Shown in pieces: positions 41,243 through 56,000 of a DNA stretch of 64,000 nt (its first letter is position 1; the number at the start of each line of letters is the position of its first letter). Source of the stretch: Chrysomallon squamiferum (Eukaryota > Animalia > Mollusca); the NCBI GenBank assembly GCA_012295275.1, contig CM022667.1, positions 7,316,001 to 7,380,000 on the forward strand. The letters are read 5' to 3'. Made by a program: the position numbers and the translations under genes. The notes below the pieces were generated by a model, which saw nothing but the letters and a program-made list of their open reading frames with translations, was not told the DNA's origin and did not search any database.

Positions 41243-41428
41243 TGACTGAATTAATGACTGACTGAATGACTGAATGACTGACTGACTGACTGACTGAATT
41301 AATGACCGACAAATGACTGACTGAACGACTGAATGACTGACTGACTGACTGACTGAATGACTGATTGACTGACTGATGTCTGAACGACTGACTGACTGAC
41401 TGAATGAATGACTGACTGACTGAATGAT
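41243..41428. repeat. degenerate (GACT)n/(GAAT)n tetranucleotide microsatellite
   Basis: Directly visible. Confidence 0.9.
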
Positions 41429-42049
41429 GAAATAATTTGACATGTATAAATTAATGAAGGAATGCAATATGGTTGGAGCTTCCAAATCAAATCTGCCTAT
41501 TGTCAAGAAAACCAAATAAAGAAAAAAGCTTTGTGAGTATTAGTAAATCATGTTTTTTTTTCTCACACATCAACAAAACAAATAGTTCAAAGATGGAGGT
41601 CCCATCAAATGAGTCTTGTACTGAAAGTTTCTAGAGGACATTATCTCAAATCAAAACAGTAAGATATCTCCAGCTGTGAGATCCACTAGCAGAGGTCAAA
41701 GGTCAGAGTGATCTAAGAGTACTTGAACCGGTTTTTCTAGTGTAGTTAAAATCAGCCAGGTCAAAGGTCATCAGATACATGGAAAGTTGTCTGGTATATA
41801 AATACTTCTGATAAAACTCTCACACATATACACACACACATGCATTCATACATATATAAAAATATACATACACACATACACATACATACTTGCATACATA
41901 TATCATATATATATTTATATATACACACACACATACACATGCATACATACATACATACACATACACATACGTGCACACTCTGAAAATGATGGTGTAACAT
42001 TATATTTCACTATTTATTAAGGTATTCAGATTGAAATTAGGCATGTAAC

Positions 42050-42506
42050 AAAATGTGTAAGATTGATAAACATTTATAAATGTGTAAGACTGATAAAACA
42101 TTTATAAATGTGTAAGACTGATAAAACATTTATAAAATGTGTAAGATTGATAAAACATTTATAAATGTGTAAGATTGATAAAACATCTATAAAATGTGTA
42201 AGACTGATAAAACATTTATAAAATGTGTAAGATTGATAAACATTTATAAATGTGTAAGATTGATAAAACATCTATAAAATGTGTAAGACTGATAAAACAT
42301 TTATAAATGAGTAAGACTGATAAAACATCAATAAAATGTGTAAGACTGATAAAACATTTATAAATGTGTAAGATTGATAAAACATCTATAAAATGTGTAA
42401 GATTGATAAAACATCTATAAAATGTGTAAGACTGATAAAACATTTATAAATGTGTAAGACTGATAAAACATCTATAAAATGTGTAAGACTGATAAAACAT
42501 TTATAA
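42050..42506. repeat. ~28-30-bp minisatellite, ~16 copies
   Basis: Unit AAATGTGTAAGAYTGATAAAACATYTATA. Confidence 0.94.
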
Positions 42507-43639
42507 CACTGACCTCATTAACCTTCATGTTACTACACATTTCTCTGATTTACATCAGTTTATTTCTGAAAAACATCATTATGTATTTGTTATGCTAATT
42601 TCTTTTATTATTTTCTTTAATGCTGTACCACAATGTTAAATTATTTAGAAAGAGATAAATATGTGTTTCTTTGTAATTTGTTGTTGATATATTAATATAT
42701 ATTTCTTTATATGTGTTGCTGATGTATTAATATGTATTTCTGTGTGATATATGTGTTGTTGATATATTAATATATATTTCTGTATAAAACTGTATAAAAT
42801 GTTGATATATTTGAAGTGTTACATAGCAGTGATATCTGTTACGTGATAAAATTATTCCATCTACCCTCTTGTTAATATTTCACTACCAGCATTTTGTTAC
42901 ACATACACAAAACACCCTATTTGTTTGTTTTGTTTTTTGAATGCATCAGAAAACAAACTTTAAACAAATTTTACTGCCAACAGGAGAGTACCGAGACACA
43001 GACACATAAAACACAGTGAAACTCAACCCACACTCAGCCAGCAAACCACAAAACAACTTCAAAGTCATTTATTAACCCATCTAGAGTATCAAGTTAAAAC
43101 ACATTTCTTCTTTCATCTTCACTGCTACGTAATTTCTACAACTAAATCAAAATCCTTACATTAAAATATTTATTTCAGTGAACAATAAAACACACAACAT
43201 ACAAGTATTTTATATATACACACATACATACATTATAACAAACACACACACACACACACACACAATCAAAGACTCAGTGAAAACTGAATGTTAATATGAC
43301 ATTTAAGACCTACACATCTACTTTAATAAAGCCAAACCCTAATGATCAGTAATGTATATATAACATTTAAATAACTTTACATTAATACTTAACATATTTG
43401 TGATAATAATTAATATTACACATTGTTTGTGATATAAACATTATCATTAGATATGTATTTGTGATAAAATAATTAATATTACACATGTACTGTCACAAAG
43501 GTGTGTTAGGTCTGTGATTGTTTTCTGGATATGAAAGCAGATTAGGAAATATTTTACAGATGTGATCATAAACTGGTCACCCAAATCATGACCAATAAGA
43601 AAGACAGAAAGATGTGACTAACAGTGAAATATAACTGTA

Positions 43640-44075
43640 ACACACACATATTCTAAAAACACACACACACACACACACACATTCTAAATCACACACACAC
43701 ATATTTTAAAACAAACACACACACACCCAGATATACATTCTAAAACACACACACACACACACACATTCTAAATCACACACACACATATTTTAAAACAAAC
43801 ACACACACACACCCAGATATACATTCTAAAACACACACACACATATACATTTTGAAACACACAAACACCGTTATACAGATATACATTCTGAAACACACAC
43901 ACACACAGATATAGAGATATACATTCTAAAACACACACACACACAGATATCCAGATATACATTCTAAAACACACACACATACAGAGATATACAGATATAC
44001 ATTCTAAAACACACACACACACAGATATAGAGATATACATTCTGAAACAAACACACACACAAACACACACACATA
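43640..44075. repeat. (CA)n-containing composite repeat
   Basis: Recurrent AGATATACATTCTAAAACACACACAC units. Confidence 0.85.
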
Positions 44076-45184
44076 AATATTCAAAAATACATACACAAAC
44101 TGCTCTGAAAGCAAATCTATTTCCTATACAGAGTCATATCTACATAAATAAATCTAATAAATCATAGTGACTAGATATCAAACAGAACTTGGTTGTTGCA
44201 GCTTTGTTTTGATGTATATTATATCACATTTTAAGTTACACTCCGTGTTTGACATATTTTCAAAGTAAGAACCAATGTGACATTAAAAAGATAACTGCAC
44301 TGTTATCAACATACAAGTAAATAATCACTATTTCACACTTTATAGCAACAATCCAGAATCTGCAATAGTGAAAACCTTTTTTATTTTTATTTTATTTTTA
44401 ATAATTATTTGTTGTTGTTTTTTGGTTTGTTTCTTTTTGTTTTGCCTGCTCAGCTACATATATATTTATAATTTACAGTTTATATTACTAATTTAATTAA
44501 CTAATTTTATTATAAGTAAATCCTTCAGGATATATGATTATAGACAATCTAGTGTTCTGACCACATGAAAGCTGAACCTGAATACACAAAACAAGGAATG
44601 TAAAAAAAGAGATGACCTATATTTTCTATTTATTCATTGAGAGATGTGATACTGGGTCAGAATCTACAAGAGAACAAGTTATTCCTCTAACAGGTTTATC
44701 AGATTATGTTCGTTCAGGCTACCTGTCACAGCACTTGCTTTGTTTAGTCCACTCACTCACATAATCGAATTTACATGTAACCTGCTCAATAAATTCCACT
44801 GTTGTTACACAAACAGCAATATTTCTGTGTTGATTTTGTTCAGCTAATAGCACAATGACAAGAAAAATTTCATTCATTAGTTTGAACAAAATGGTTCTGA
44901 TTACAAAACTCTCATCTGCATTTGAAATACAGTTCTTTTACTTCACCACTCTAAAACGTCCTAGTGTGTTTAGAAATCAATTTTTCTGATACACATTTCA
45001 CATTAAATTCAAGATCACAGTGCAGTTATATATTAAAACACAACAGGAAAACCTGGCTATTTATTAGACATCTTGATGTGACATCAACAAAACAAAATGA
45101 AAAATATTATCAGAGAGTTTGTTAAATTTTCTTTATTAGAATCACACCTTTCACTTTTATCTGTTTGTGAAATTGCACATTTAC

Positions 45185-46060
45185 ATGTGTCTGTATGTCT
45201 TTTTATGTGTTTGTATATCTGTATATGTGTCAGTGTGTGATTGTATGTATGTGTGTCTATATGTATGATTGTGTATACCCGTGTGTCTGTATATATGTTT
45301 GTGTATGTGTGTGTCTCTATGTATGATTGTGTATGTGTGTCTCTATGTATGACTGTGTATATGTGTGTCTCTATGTATGACTGTGTATATGTGTGTCTAT
45401 ATGTATGATTGTGTATATATGTGTGTGTCTATATGTATGATTGTGTATACCCATGTGTCTCTATGTATGATTGTATATATGTGTGTCTCTATGTATGATT
45501 GTGTATACCCATGTGTCTATATGTATGATTGTGTATACCCATGTGTCTATATGTATGATTGTGTATACCCATGTGTCTATATGTATGATTGTGTATACCC
45601 ATGTGTCTATATGTATGATTGTGTATACCCATGTGTTTCTATGTATGATTGTATATATGTGTGTCTCTATGTATGATTGTGTATATATGTGTCTCTATGT
45701 ATGATTGTATATATGTGTGTATCTATGTATGGTTGTGTATATGTGTGTATCTATGTATGATTGTATATATGTGTGTCTCTATGTATGATTGTGTATATAT
45801 GTGTCTCTATGTATGATTGTATATATGTGTGTCTCTATGTATGATTGTGTATATGTGTGTTTATATGTATGATTGTGTATATATGTGTGTTTCTATGTAT
45901 GAGTGTGTATATGTGTGTCTTTATGTATGGTTGTGTATATGTGTGTATCTATGTATGATTGTGTATATATGTGTCTCTATGTATGGTTGTGTATATGTGT
46001 GTATCTATGTATGATTGTGTATATGTGTGTCTCTATGTATGATTGTGTATATATGCGTGT
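45185..46060. repeat. ~28-30-bp TG/TA-rich minisatellite
   Basis: Unit ATGTATGATTGTGTATAYRYGTGTCTCT. Source of the Cys/Val/Tyr/Met ORFs. Confidence 0.92.
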
Positions 46061-48117
46061 AAATCCTATTTACCATATCTTTGATCTAGGATATCTTTTT
46101 AAATCATAAATATTAAAGATTTGTATCTGAAATGACACAACACAAATCAGTGTAAGTATATTTGTAAACTGAAAACAACATGTAACACAGTGAACATCTT
46201 ACATGAAGACAAACACATCAAGTCTGAAAACAACAAGTAACACAGTGAACATCTTACATCAAGACAAACACATCAAGTCTGAAAGTAAAATAACAGTTGT
46301 GTAATTTATTATCAGTAATAAAAGTGGAGGGAACTGTATAATGGGGGAGACATTCCTGGCCATGAGACCCCCTCCAGAGTCCATCCTAGAACAACACCTG
46401 GTGATTTATTACAGGTAATTGCAGGTAATAAGGAAGAGAAGTAAACAATGTGGCTATTTTGCCATTATTCACATCTCATTCCCATCTTTTCATTACACAG
46501 TGATTTATCATAGACATCTCAGTCAGGGAGGAATTGAAGAATGTCCCACCAGCAGACTCCCCACCCCTCATCTTTGTTAGACTGGAATGATTAGGTAAAG
46601 GTAGCCACTAGTTTAATCAAAGTCATCCTGTTTGACCAGCAATTAGTCATGTATGAACTGTCCACCTCTGTCAGGTGTTCTCACAATGATACCTGTCAGA
46701 CCACTACTGTGGTCATCCACTGACCAGTGAGGAAACACCTGCTCACTGCCTAAAGAGAAGGTGTTAAAACTGTCTGAAAGAAAAAAGTAACTTTGTGTTT
46801 CAATTACACACAGAGATAGACACAAACCCTCACACATACACACACAAGCACAGACATAAACAAATACAGAAATGCACACAAATACACAAACTCAAATACA
46901 CACTCAAACATAGACACACACAAATATATACACAAACACAAAGTTAAGCAAATATTTGTTTTATCACTAATATCACTTAGTTTTATACAAACACACATCG
47001 CTATGAGTTTAAAAAATCTTCAGCATTAAATTTCTTTTCTGTCTGTCTCAAGGTTCAGACAAGCAATAAAGTTTTATAGAAGAAGAAATAAAAATCAACA
47101 GAAAAAAATGTATAGTACACAGAGAGGGTCTAGTAAATAAAAACAATAATATTAAATTCTTTTTTTTTACTCCATATATATTTATTTTTAATTCACTGCT
47201 GGTGTGGAGTATTTCAAAAGGATCAAACATTTTACACACAACTACTCTCTTTCATAGCCTCCTGATCAGCCAAGCATGCCATTCTTTCTAGCCCCCCCCC
47301 TGCCATTTTCATTCTTGCTGTTGGGATTGGGTTACAGACAGAGGAGGTCTGTTTCTCACACCATGTAATTTTGTCAGACAAACAGAGGTCAAAGAAGTGA
47401 AACTATGAAAACAGCCCAGCCTCAGTCCAGTGTGATTCAAAGAGTTAATAACAAAACTTTACTATTGCTTGTTTTAAAACCTTGGTACAAGAATTAACTT
47501 ACATTATCAACCAGTTTTTCCATTGTCGAAATTTATTTATTTTTCTTAAATTTGTATTTCATTTAAGATGAATGTAGTTTAATTTATTTCTAACACTAAT
47601 AACAATTTTAAGATTGTGCTCTAGAGAACTGAGTACCAGCACGATACACAGAAATCCTGGGAAACTCTGTTGTTCTGAGAAGAGTTCTAAAAACAGTGGG
47701 CTAAGTAAATATCATTTCTAGTTTAAAATAAAATCTTGTCCCCACTCAACATCAGCTCTGTCCACTTAACAGAAATTTCATTTACAGTACAAGCAGGCAT
47801 CAATTGTGGGAGATTTTCTAAAGTAAATCCTCTTCAAAATGTTTTTTTTTCTTTTTTTTTTTTTTGGCTCAAGACAAATATTCAAAAATCAATAAAAGCC
47901 ACTTTTCTCATTTTGAAACAAATTTAGTCAAAGTAATTTTTTTTTTAATTCTTCAGCTAGAAATGTGTTTTTAGTAAAATCAGCTAGAAATGTGTTGTTA
48001 GTAAAATCAGCTAGAAATGTGTTGTTAGTCAAATCAGTTTTAAAACGGTCACTGGCAGGCTGGACTGTCAGCATGAGTTAATGTATTTATAATTGTAAAT
48101 ATAAAGAAAACACTTAC

Positions 48118-48227
48118 TGAAATATTCTCATCCATGTTATAATTGGCAAGGTTAAATCCAGTTTTCTTTTTCCAGATTTGTTCTTCAATTGCCTTGTTCA
48201 GGTGTCCATTGACAAAATAGCATTCCG
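48118..48227 (-). CDS. nkd: naked cuticle, exon 3 (AECYFVNGHLNKAIEEQIW...MDENIS), 110 nt, phase 1-0
   Basis: ttactttcag|CG GAA TGC...ATT TCA|gtaagt, inside track ORF 48049..48258. FVNGHLNKAIEE resembles the vertebrate NKD1 segment FAVSAAWARKGIEE. Confidence 0.88.
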
Positions 48228-48859
48228 CTGAAAGTAACAAATTGTAAATACATTCCAATAAAACACATACATCTCACTGTTACAGAAGCATTAATATAAA
48301 AACTGAAAATAATTTCTTTGTAACTTTATAGACAGTGCCAAAATAAATTATTCATCAAAAGTATTTTATTTTATTTTATTTTATTTTATTTTATTCATTC
48401 ATTCATTTTTGTAAATAAAGAGCTATCTTTTGGACTAAAAATAAATTCATTTTTAATATTTATATATGACATCAAATAAAAGCATTTACAAAATTTTTAA
48501 TTCAGTGAAAACCAGATTTCAGACAGATGACAACATTCAAAAGTTTACTAACTGTAGCATTGACCAATGATTAGGATTCATTATTTGCATACATAATGGT
48601 ACATGTTTAGGTAGTCAAATGCTTTTTGTTTCAACAAAAAAGAGTGAAAATTTATTTATTATTATTTTTTTATTTTTTTCAGTTTTCTGTTGTAAAACTG
48701 GTATTAAGCATTATAATGAATGTATCAAGGCAATCATTCAAACAACACGTGATCAGTTTGCTTTTTACATGTAAATGCCATCTCTAATGCATTGAAAATG
48801 GGAATAAATATTTAAAAAAAAAAAATGTATAATGGTTTCAAGTATTGTTTTACAACTAC

Positions 48860-49680
48860 GTACTCAGAACTGTCCGCTATGGAGTTTTAGCAGAGTGACG
48901 TGTCCTCATTATAGTACCTAATAACATATACATAGAGAATAAACACCTTCATATTCATACGCCGGTGTCAGTGAAAATATTTTATTTTATTTTGATTTAT
49001 TTTTGATTTATTTTATTATTTAGTTGTTGTTGTTTTTTATTTACTTTTTTTGGGGGGGGGGTTATTATTATTACTGGCGACGTCGTAATAATATCTATAA
49101 AAAAAATATAGTACGAAACGGGTACGATTATGACGTCAAAGTTTCGAAAACAAGTAAAAAATGTTTCGACCATTCCAGCAATTTCTACTCAGTAACAGAC
49201 ATTTGTGTATTCGAGGCATTGATTATATGACATATTTCCCAAATTACTTTTAATAATCTATGTAGAATTGATTGCATTATGAAGGAATACATGTTTACAA
49301 GTTTGTAAACACTGATCTTGGATTTCGATCGGAAGTTTCCGTGAGCACTCGGAAACCGTATTTTTATGATTTACACTGATAAAGATAAAGATGGTTGTTC
49401 ATATTACCTACCCATGATGCCTTGCGCCTTTCCTAACTACTTTTTAAGCTTAATCAAACTTTTCAAACTGGATTATTTTTGTGCAAATGCGTGCAAAATA
49501 AACCAATTATAATTTGTTATAAGATTAATGTATTAACTTTTCTAGTTGGCAGTGTTCCTCGTGCCAGAACCCAACAGAAAATAACATTCAGGTGCAGAGT
49601 GTACCCATTAAATCGGCAAAATTCTGGAGGCATTTTTTCAGGTGACGTAATTTGACGAGTTATCGTTCCTGTTGGTCCAT
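48860..49680. promoter_or_regulatory. promoter-like element in nkd intron 2 (ZNF143/Staf, ETS, CRE motifs)
   Basis: TACCCATGATGCCTTGCG 49409-49426 (Staf/ZNF143-type), CGGAAGT 49330-49336 and TGACGTCA 49131-49138. CpG-rich, at the edge of the CpG-depleted domain. Confidence 0.4.
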
Positions 49681-49894
49681 GCTACTAACTGTGTAAACTC
49701 TGTATGATGAATATAATCAGAAAATACCAAGTTTTCCCTCAGTTTCACTGTTTTTAATTTACGGATTAGTATGTAATTTCAGATTTAATTTATTCTTAAG
49801 TGTTTAAAAGTTTTTCAAAATGGGGTGATAATTTTGTCTAACTTTTTTCTTTCAGTTTTTGGGGTTTTTTTTCTTTTGATTATTATTATTATTA

Positions 49895-49948
<54 letters not shown>

Positions 49949-51147
49949 ATAATGAATATTCTGTATATAAATTACTTTGATTTGTAGAAATGTTTTTAAA
50001 CATACAATAAAACTAAAAATACCTGACTGTTAGGCATCAGAAACTAATCAGTAACAATATGAACTGAAATAAAAGCTAGGACATTTGTTTTGTGTTTTCA
50101 AACAAAGTGTCTGTACACTAACAGACATATCACAGACTGTCAACAGCCACTGGTTGGAATGGGAAACGCCCCAGGCTCTAGTGCTCTGCTGGTCTCTAAA
50201 TGGTGTGTAAATTATTTTTGGAAAGAGTTAATGACTCAGTTTGAGAAGACGTTGTGTTCAAAGTAAGAAATACACAACTACACCGTACAATGCTGCTATG
50301 AGTGACTCAGTGGGTTCAAGTAAGAGACCGGTCTATTTAATTAACACAGATAGAAAGCAAGTCAAGACTTTGATCACTACACATACTGTGTAGGTATTTT
50401 TATACCTGTAACATCACAATTAGTGTACCTTTAAGCACTTCTCTGTAGAGAACAGCTTTAGTCAAATAGTGAGTAAAACTTTTTTTACACAATTACCTTT
50501 CACATGTCTAAGATTTTGTTATAATTATTTTATTTTTTTTAAATTTTATTTACATTTCGTTTGTTGATGAGCTTTCTGTTTTTTATTTTAATTAAATGTT
50601 TTGAAATATATATCCAGACAAGACATACACACAAACTAACATACATACACATGAACAATAACAACACATACAAACCAATCACTTAAAGACATGGAAACAC
50701 ATTCACACTCACATAAACATACAACATAGAGACATACAGAAACATGTTTACACAAATATATAATACACATACACAAGAACACACCTTCTGAAATTCCTAG
50801 TTAAACAATTATCACTGTTACTACATGTGTTTCATCAAATAAATAACTTGTTGATTTTAAAATGGAATTTTGCAGTTAATTACTCATAACAAAACTAAAA
50901 ATTTAGATTCTATTTTTTACTAATTAAACTTTTTACCGTATGAAATAAATTTGATAAAGATTACAAACCAAACACCATCATCAGTTTTTTTCTGTTTACT
51001 TTTTTAAATAAATAAATGAAAAAGAATAGTGAGTTGGCGTGTTTGAAAAAAGAAAGTTTTATATTCTGGGTAAAGGAAGGTCTGGTTCTCTATTATTAAT
51101 ACGGGAAATTACTTGTAGTTCTTTACTTGTATTTACACAATTCCTAC

Positions 51148-51177
51148 CTTCATTTGGAATTCTGCTTGTTGGACACA
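51148..51177 (-). CDS. nkd: naked cuticle, 30-nt exon 2 (VCPTSRIPNE), phase 1-1
   Basis: ctgaccatacag|TG TGT CCA ACA AGC AGA ATT CCA AAT GAA G|gtagg. It keeps frame between exons 1 and 3 and is positionally equivalent to the short vertebrate exon encoding CKRRESPE-G. Confidence 0.7.
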
Positions 51178-51425
51178 CTGTATGGTCAGGACAGGCAGCA
51201 AGCAAAATATGAAACAAAAACAAAAAAAAACAAAAACAAACTTAAAAGAAAAACACAGGGTAAATATACATGATGACATTCAAAGAGTGAAGATTTTAAA
51301 CCAGGTACTCTACGTGCATCCTTTCTTTCTCGTTTCTCCCTCAGGCTGAAAATATTTCGACTTGGTCGAGGCAAAAAAAGAGATGTCCAATACACGAAAT
51401 CGGAACGCTCTCAAAAATTACTTAC

Positions 51426-51450
51426 CGTGTTTGCTTTGTAACTTTCCCAT
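51426..51450 (-). CDS. nkd: naked cuticle homolog, coding exon 1 (MGKLQSKH + 1 nt), N-myristoylation-type start
   Basis: Reverse complement reads ATG GGA AAG TTA CAA AGC AAA CAC G|gtaag. The peptide matches the vertebrate NKD2 N-terminus MGKLQSKH as I recall it. The donor is canonical and the exon lies in a CpG-retaining region with GC boxes upstream. Confidence 0.92.
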
Positions 51451-52300
<850 letters not shown>

Positions 52301-52936
52301 TACATTCAGTCTTCAAGTCAGTATAAATCTACTATTCAGACAGTGCTGCCCGTGACAAATGTACGTGTATGATTTACGTGTTAATAAATAACATATCGTA
52401 AATAAGTAGTTCTCACGTTGTTATATCATCAAGCTGAAAAGTTAATAATTATCTAAATATGTAACATATTATATTCAACTGTGATAACAGGACAAAATAT
52501 TCATTCACGATATATGTATAAATATATAAACCACACATACACACACAACAAAACAAACACACAAAAAAATACACAAAAAAACAGGACAAAAACAAACCTT
52601 TCTTTTTTATTTTCCTTTACTTTACTGTTATCATCATCATTTATTTATTTATTTATTTATTTATCTTTGTTGAAATGTTCGCAAAAAGTCTTTAACGAAA
52701 ATAAAAGCGATAAAGCCAGTTGTAATTTTTCATACTATCTGCGCAAAGATTCTAACAATTAATTCACATTATTTATTTTTATTTAAATTCTAGGTATTAT
52801 GACTGATCATATCAAAGTCTAAATTTCTTATAACAGTTCTCTCCAATCCATTGAAAATGTAAATTGTTTCTTTAGCTCAAGAAAGTTTCTGTATAAATGT
52901 ATTTTGTGCAGCTTAAAATCAATTTGGATACAAATG

Positions 52937-52941
<5 letters not shown>

Positions 52942-53005
<64 letters not shown>
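52942..53005. repeat. (GA)n microsatellite
   Basis: Directly visible. Confidence 0.97.
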
Positions 53006-53011
<6 letters not shown>

Positions 53012-56000
53012 AAGAATAAAGTTTATTGACAAAGATATGTCTGAAATTGTTTGTACTCTTGTTTTTCAACAATTTAACTCTATAACACGTGGCGAGGTCG
53101 AGAGTCTTGTCATTGTTGATTTACGATTACCATTTATTCTGTTACTTTTAAGAAGTAACAAAAATGAGCCAACATACATAACACAATTTCTTGTATAACT
53201 TACATTCAGTGATGTTAGTCACTGGAGTTTTGTACAAATACATCGCCTTTGGTCAGGATTACCCCTTCCTTGAAAAAAACTTATATCCCCTGGCCCCTGG
53301 CTGTTTACATTACTGTGGCTGGTATTTCGCAAAAATAGTCATTTCGTATTTGAAGCGGAATAAATCTACTGATTTTCAAGTGTATGTGTGTGTATGTGTG
53401 TGTATGTGTAAGTGTGTGCGTGTGTGTTTATATATATATAATGGAAGTTTTAAAAAAAAGAAGGAAAGAAATAAAGATTAAAAAAAGAGCAACAAAACCC
53501 AATCTATCTTAGCAACATCTTTGTAACATCTGTTTAGCTATAAAATCTAACGAAAACATTTTCATGATTGTGCTTTTAGGTATGTGTATCAGTGGATATA
53601 CGTTATTTCCTGTCACACACACACACTCACACACACACACACACACACATATAGAAAAAGATAATTAATATTGTATGGTTTATTAACTAAAAAAGTTCAC
53701 TGACATACGACACTACGTTATGTTAACTCGACTACTGAAGCGACTGACGGTTTAAAAACCACTTAAACTGAACAACTTACCTCTTTTCCGCTCAGTTCAC
53801 GTAACACTCAGAAACGAGTCCTTACTATTCAACAAAAGTATAGACGCAACAAACTACTTTACTTTCAAAGCTTTCAGTTAACACCGAGGTTAAACTTACC
53901 AGAGTTGTCTCCCATTAAACGAACTCTCACAGGTAGGTTGTCGTGATTCTGTTTGATGTGAGCTCTCGTTTTCATAGGATATGTATATATAACTTTTTTC
54001 ACACCATCTAAAACACATTTTTTGCCACCACATATAGGTAGTCGTTTCTATTGTAAGTTCATTGGCCAGAACTCTTAATTTACAAGATCAAAGCCACAAT
54101 TCGCTCGTGATCAATAATTGTGTTACAGTTTTCCCTTTGATGTCGATTGTAGCTTTATCCTTGCTGTGTATTCATAACACATGGACGTTAAGCTACAGCA
54201 GAAGCCCGGTGCCAGCAACTAATAAATTTTCAATGTTTTTCACACGGATAATTTGCACTTAACCTAATAATTAAAACATCTTGGTAATTAATTGCCATGG
54301 AAACGGAGAAATAGCATCACGACAAACGATTGTTCGGAGATTTTCAGTGGAATTTTCTTTCCTTTTTGCAGCTTTATCTCCTGCCCATAATGGATGACTA
54401 TCATAAATAAATAAATAAAATGAAAGAATGCGAATCTCTGTTTAGTCTCTGAGAGTATAAAGAGAATTAGCAAGGTTGTGAAAAAGAAAGAAAAGAAATA
54501 AAATAAAAAAGATTCGAATCGATGTTGACATGACAATACGTTCATATGCTGTATTATGGCATGAATTCGCTTCTTTCTTTAAAAAAAAAAAAAAAAAATT
54601 ATTAGTATATTATATTACTTCTTTTATTTTTGCTGTAAGATAATTATACAGAATACAAATATACATACACGTGCACAAGGAGGTTAGGTCAAGTGTTTCA
54701 TTCACCATCTAGCCGCCAACATTCCACTTAAACTATTTTATCAGTTTTTACAGCAGTCAGTCGACGTCATATTAAATACTCAGAGAAAATCAGTCACAGT
54801 TCGCGAGGATGAAGACGGATGATAGAAATTCTGACAGTAAATAGTTGTAGCTCATCAGAATATGGATACATGTCAGTATTTTTCTTTTATTATTTGTTTA
54901 TTTACTCTTTTTTCTTCTTCTTGTTCTTGAATGCCTCAAAATTACGAATGACAAATTATATATGTCATTTTCACTGTACATAGTCAAAAGGTGAAACACA
55001 CACACACACACACACACACACATTGGCATACAATTTGGCTTTGATCTCTAAATATAAATGGATGTATGAATGGACGGACATATGTTCACGGCATCACGCT
55101 TTCACAGATTGATAATCACTATAAGCCAGTGAAGTGAAGGAATCAATACTAAACATATCGTTATCACACTAGCCATAGCAGTCTGTCTCTGTTTATACCT
55201 GACGTCATAAGGACTCGACAAAGATGAAAAAAATGGTAGCCTCCATGGTTGTTCGCATATTTTCTAATTGTATTTTACTGGTCACGTGAGTGTAATTAAA
55301 TGTACTGTCTCCATCACAAATACCCTTTAATATGGATAAATTTGTCAAAAATAGTAACAGACGCATGTATCACTTCGTTTTCTTATGTGATAACGTGAAA
55401 CCCCGAAGTCAACATAATAAATATGTGTTCTGGACCAACGGATCTTTTAGTATACTTTCTCAAAGAAGGAAAACACTCTAGAATAAAGTTAGGCACTGAC
55501 TGGAATGGGAAAGAGACTAATTTATCGCACTGAAGTAGGCAGATCCTGTAACAGTGAGTTACACACAGGCAACTTTATCTTTAAAACGAGAGAATTATGT
55601 AAGTCACATTATCTATCGATTCACAATAATGTTGTCACTGACTTTATGATTTCATCGTACTGAGTCAGCAAGTAAACAGATTATACTCTGGTCTTGCACG
55701 TTTTTCTGTTATTTGTAAACTGACACGACGACGGCACTCTGGTAACTGTAAAATAGAATTTAAAAAAGAAAAAAGTATTAAAGCGAAGACGACCATGTTT
55801 CTGTGTATCTACGGCACAGACATTGATTGTGAAGTCCATTAGAGTGTTGTTGAAACATCGACAAACAGCTAGCTGGTTTTAGCTGCACATTAAACATCTG
55901 CTGTCTGATAATCCTTGCGGACATTGAATAATTAATAAATGTGTTTCGTCACGACCATGGATACTCATTGTCAAATATCTCTTTGAACGTCGCTGATTGA

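Noticed and set aside
9285-42506. Regular 24-40-bp repeat arrays superficially like CRISPR arrays
   Set aside because: They are head-to-tail tandem units with no unique spacers and no cas genes, in a eukaryotic intron.
50295-50335. tRNA/SINE-like box (GGTTCAAGT)
   Set aside because: No cloverleaf, properly spaced A box, tail or TSD could be identified.
51300-51350. Alternative exon 2 after ATTTTCAG at ~51346
   Set aside because: In the phase required by exon 1 it reads GCC TGA, an immediate stop.
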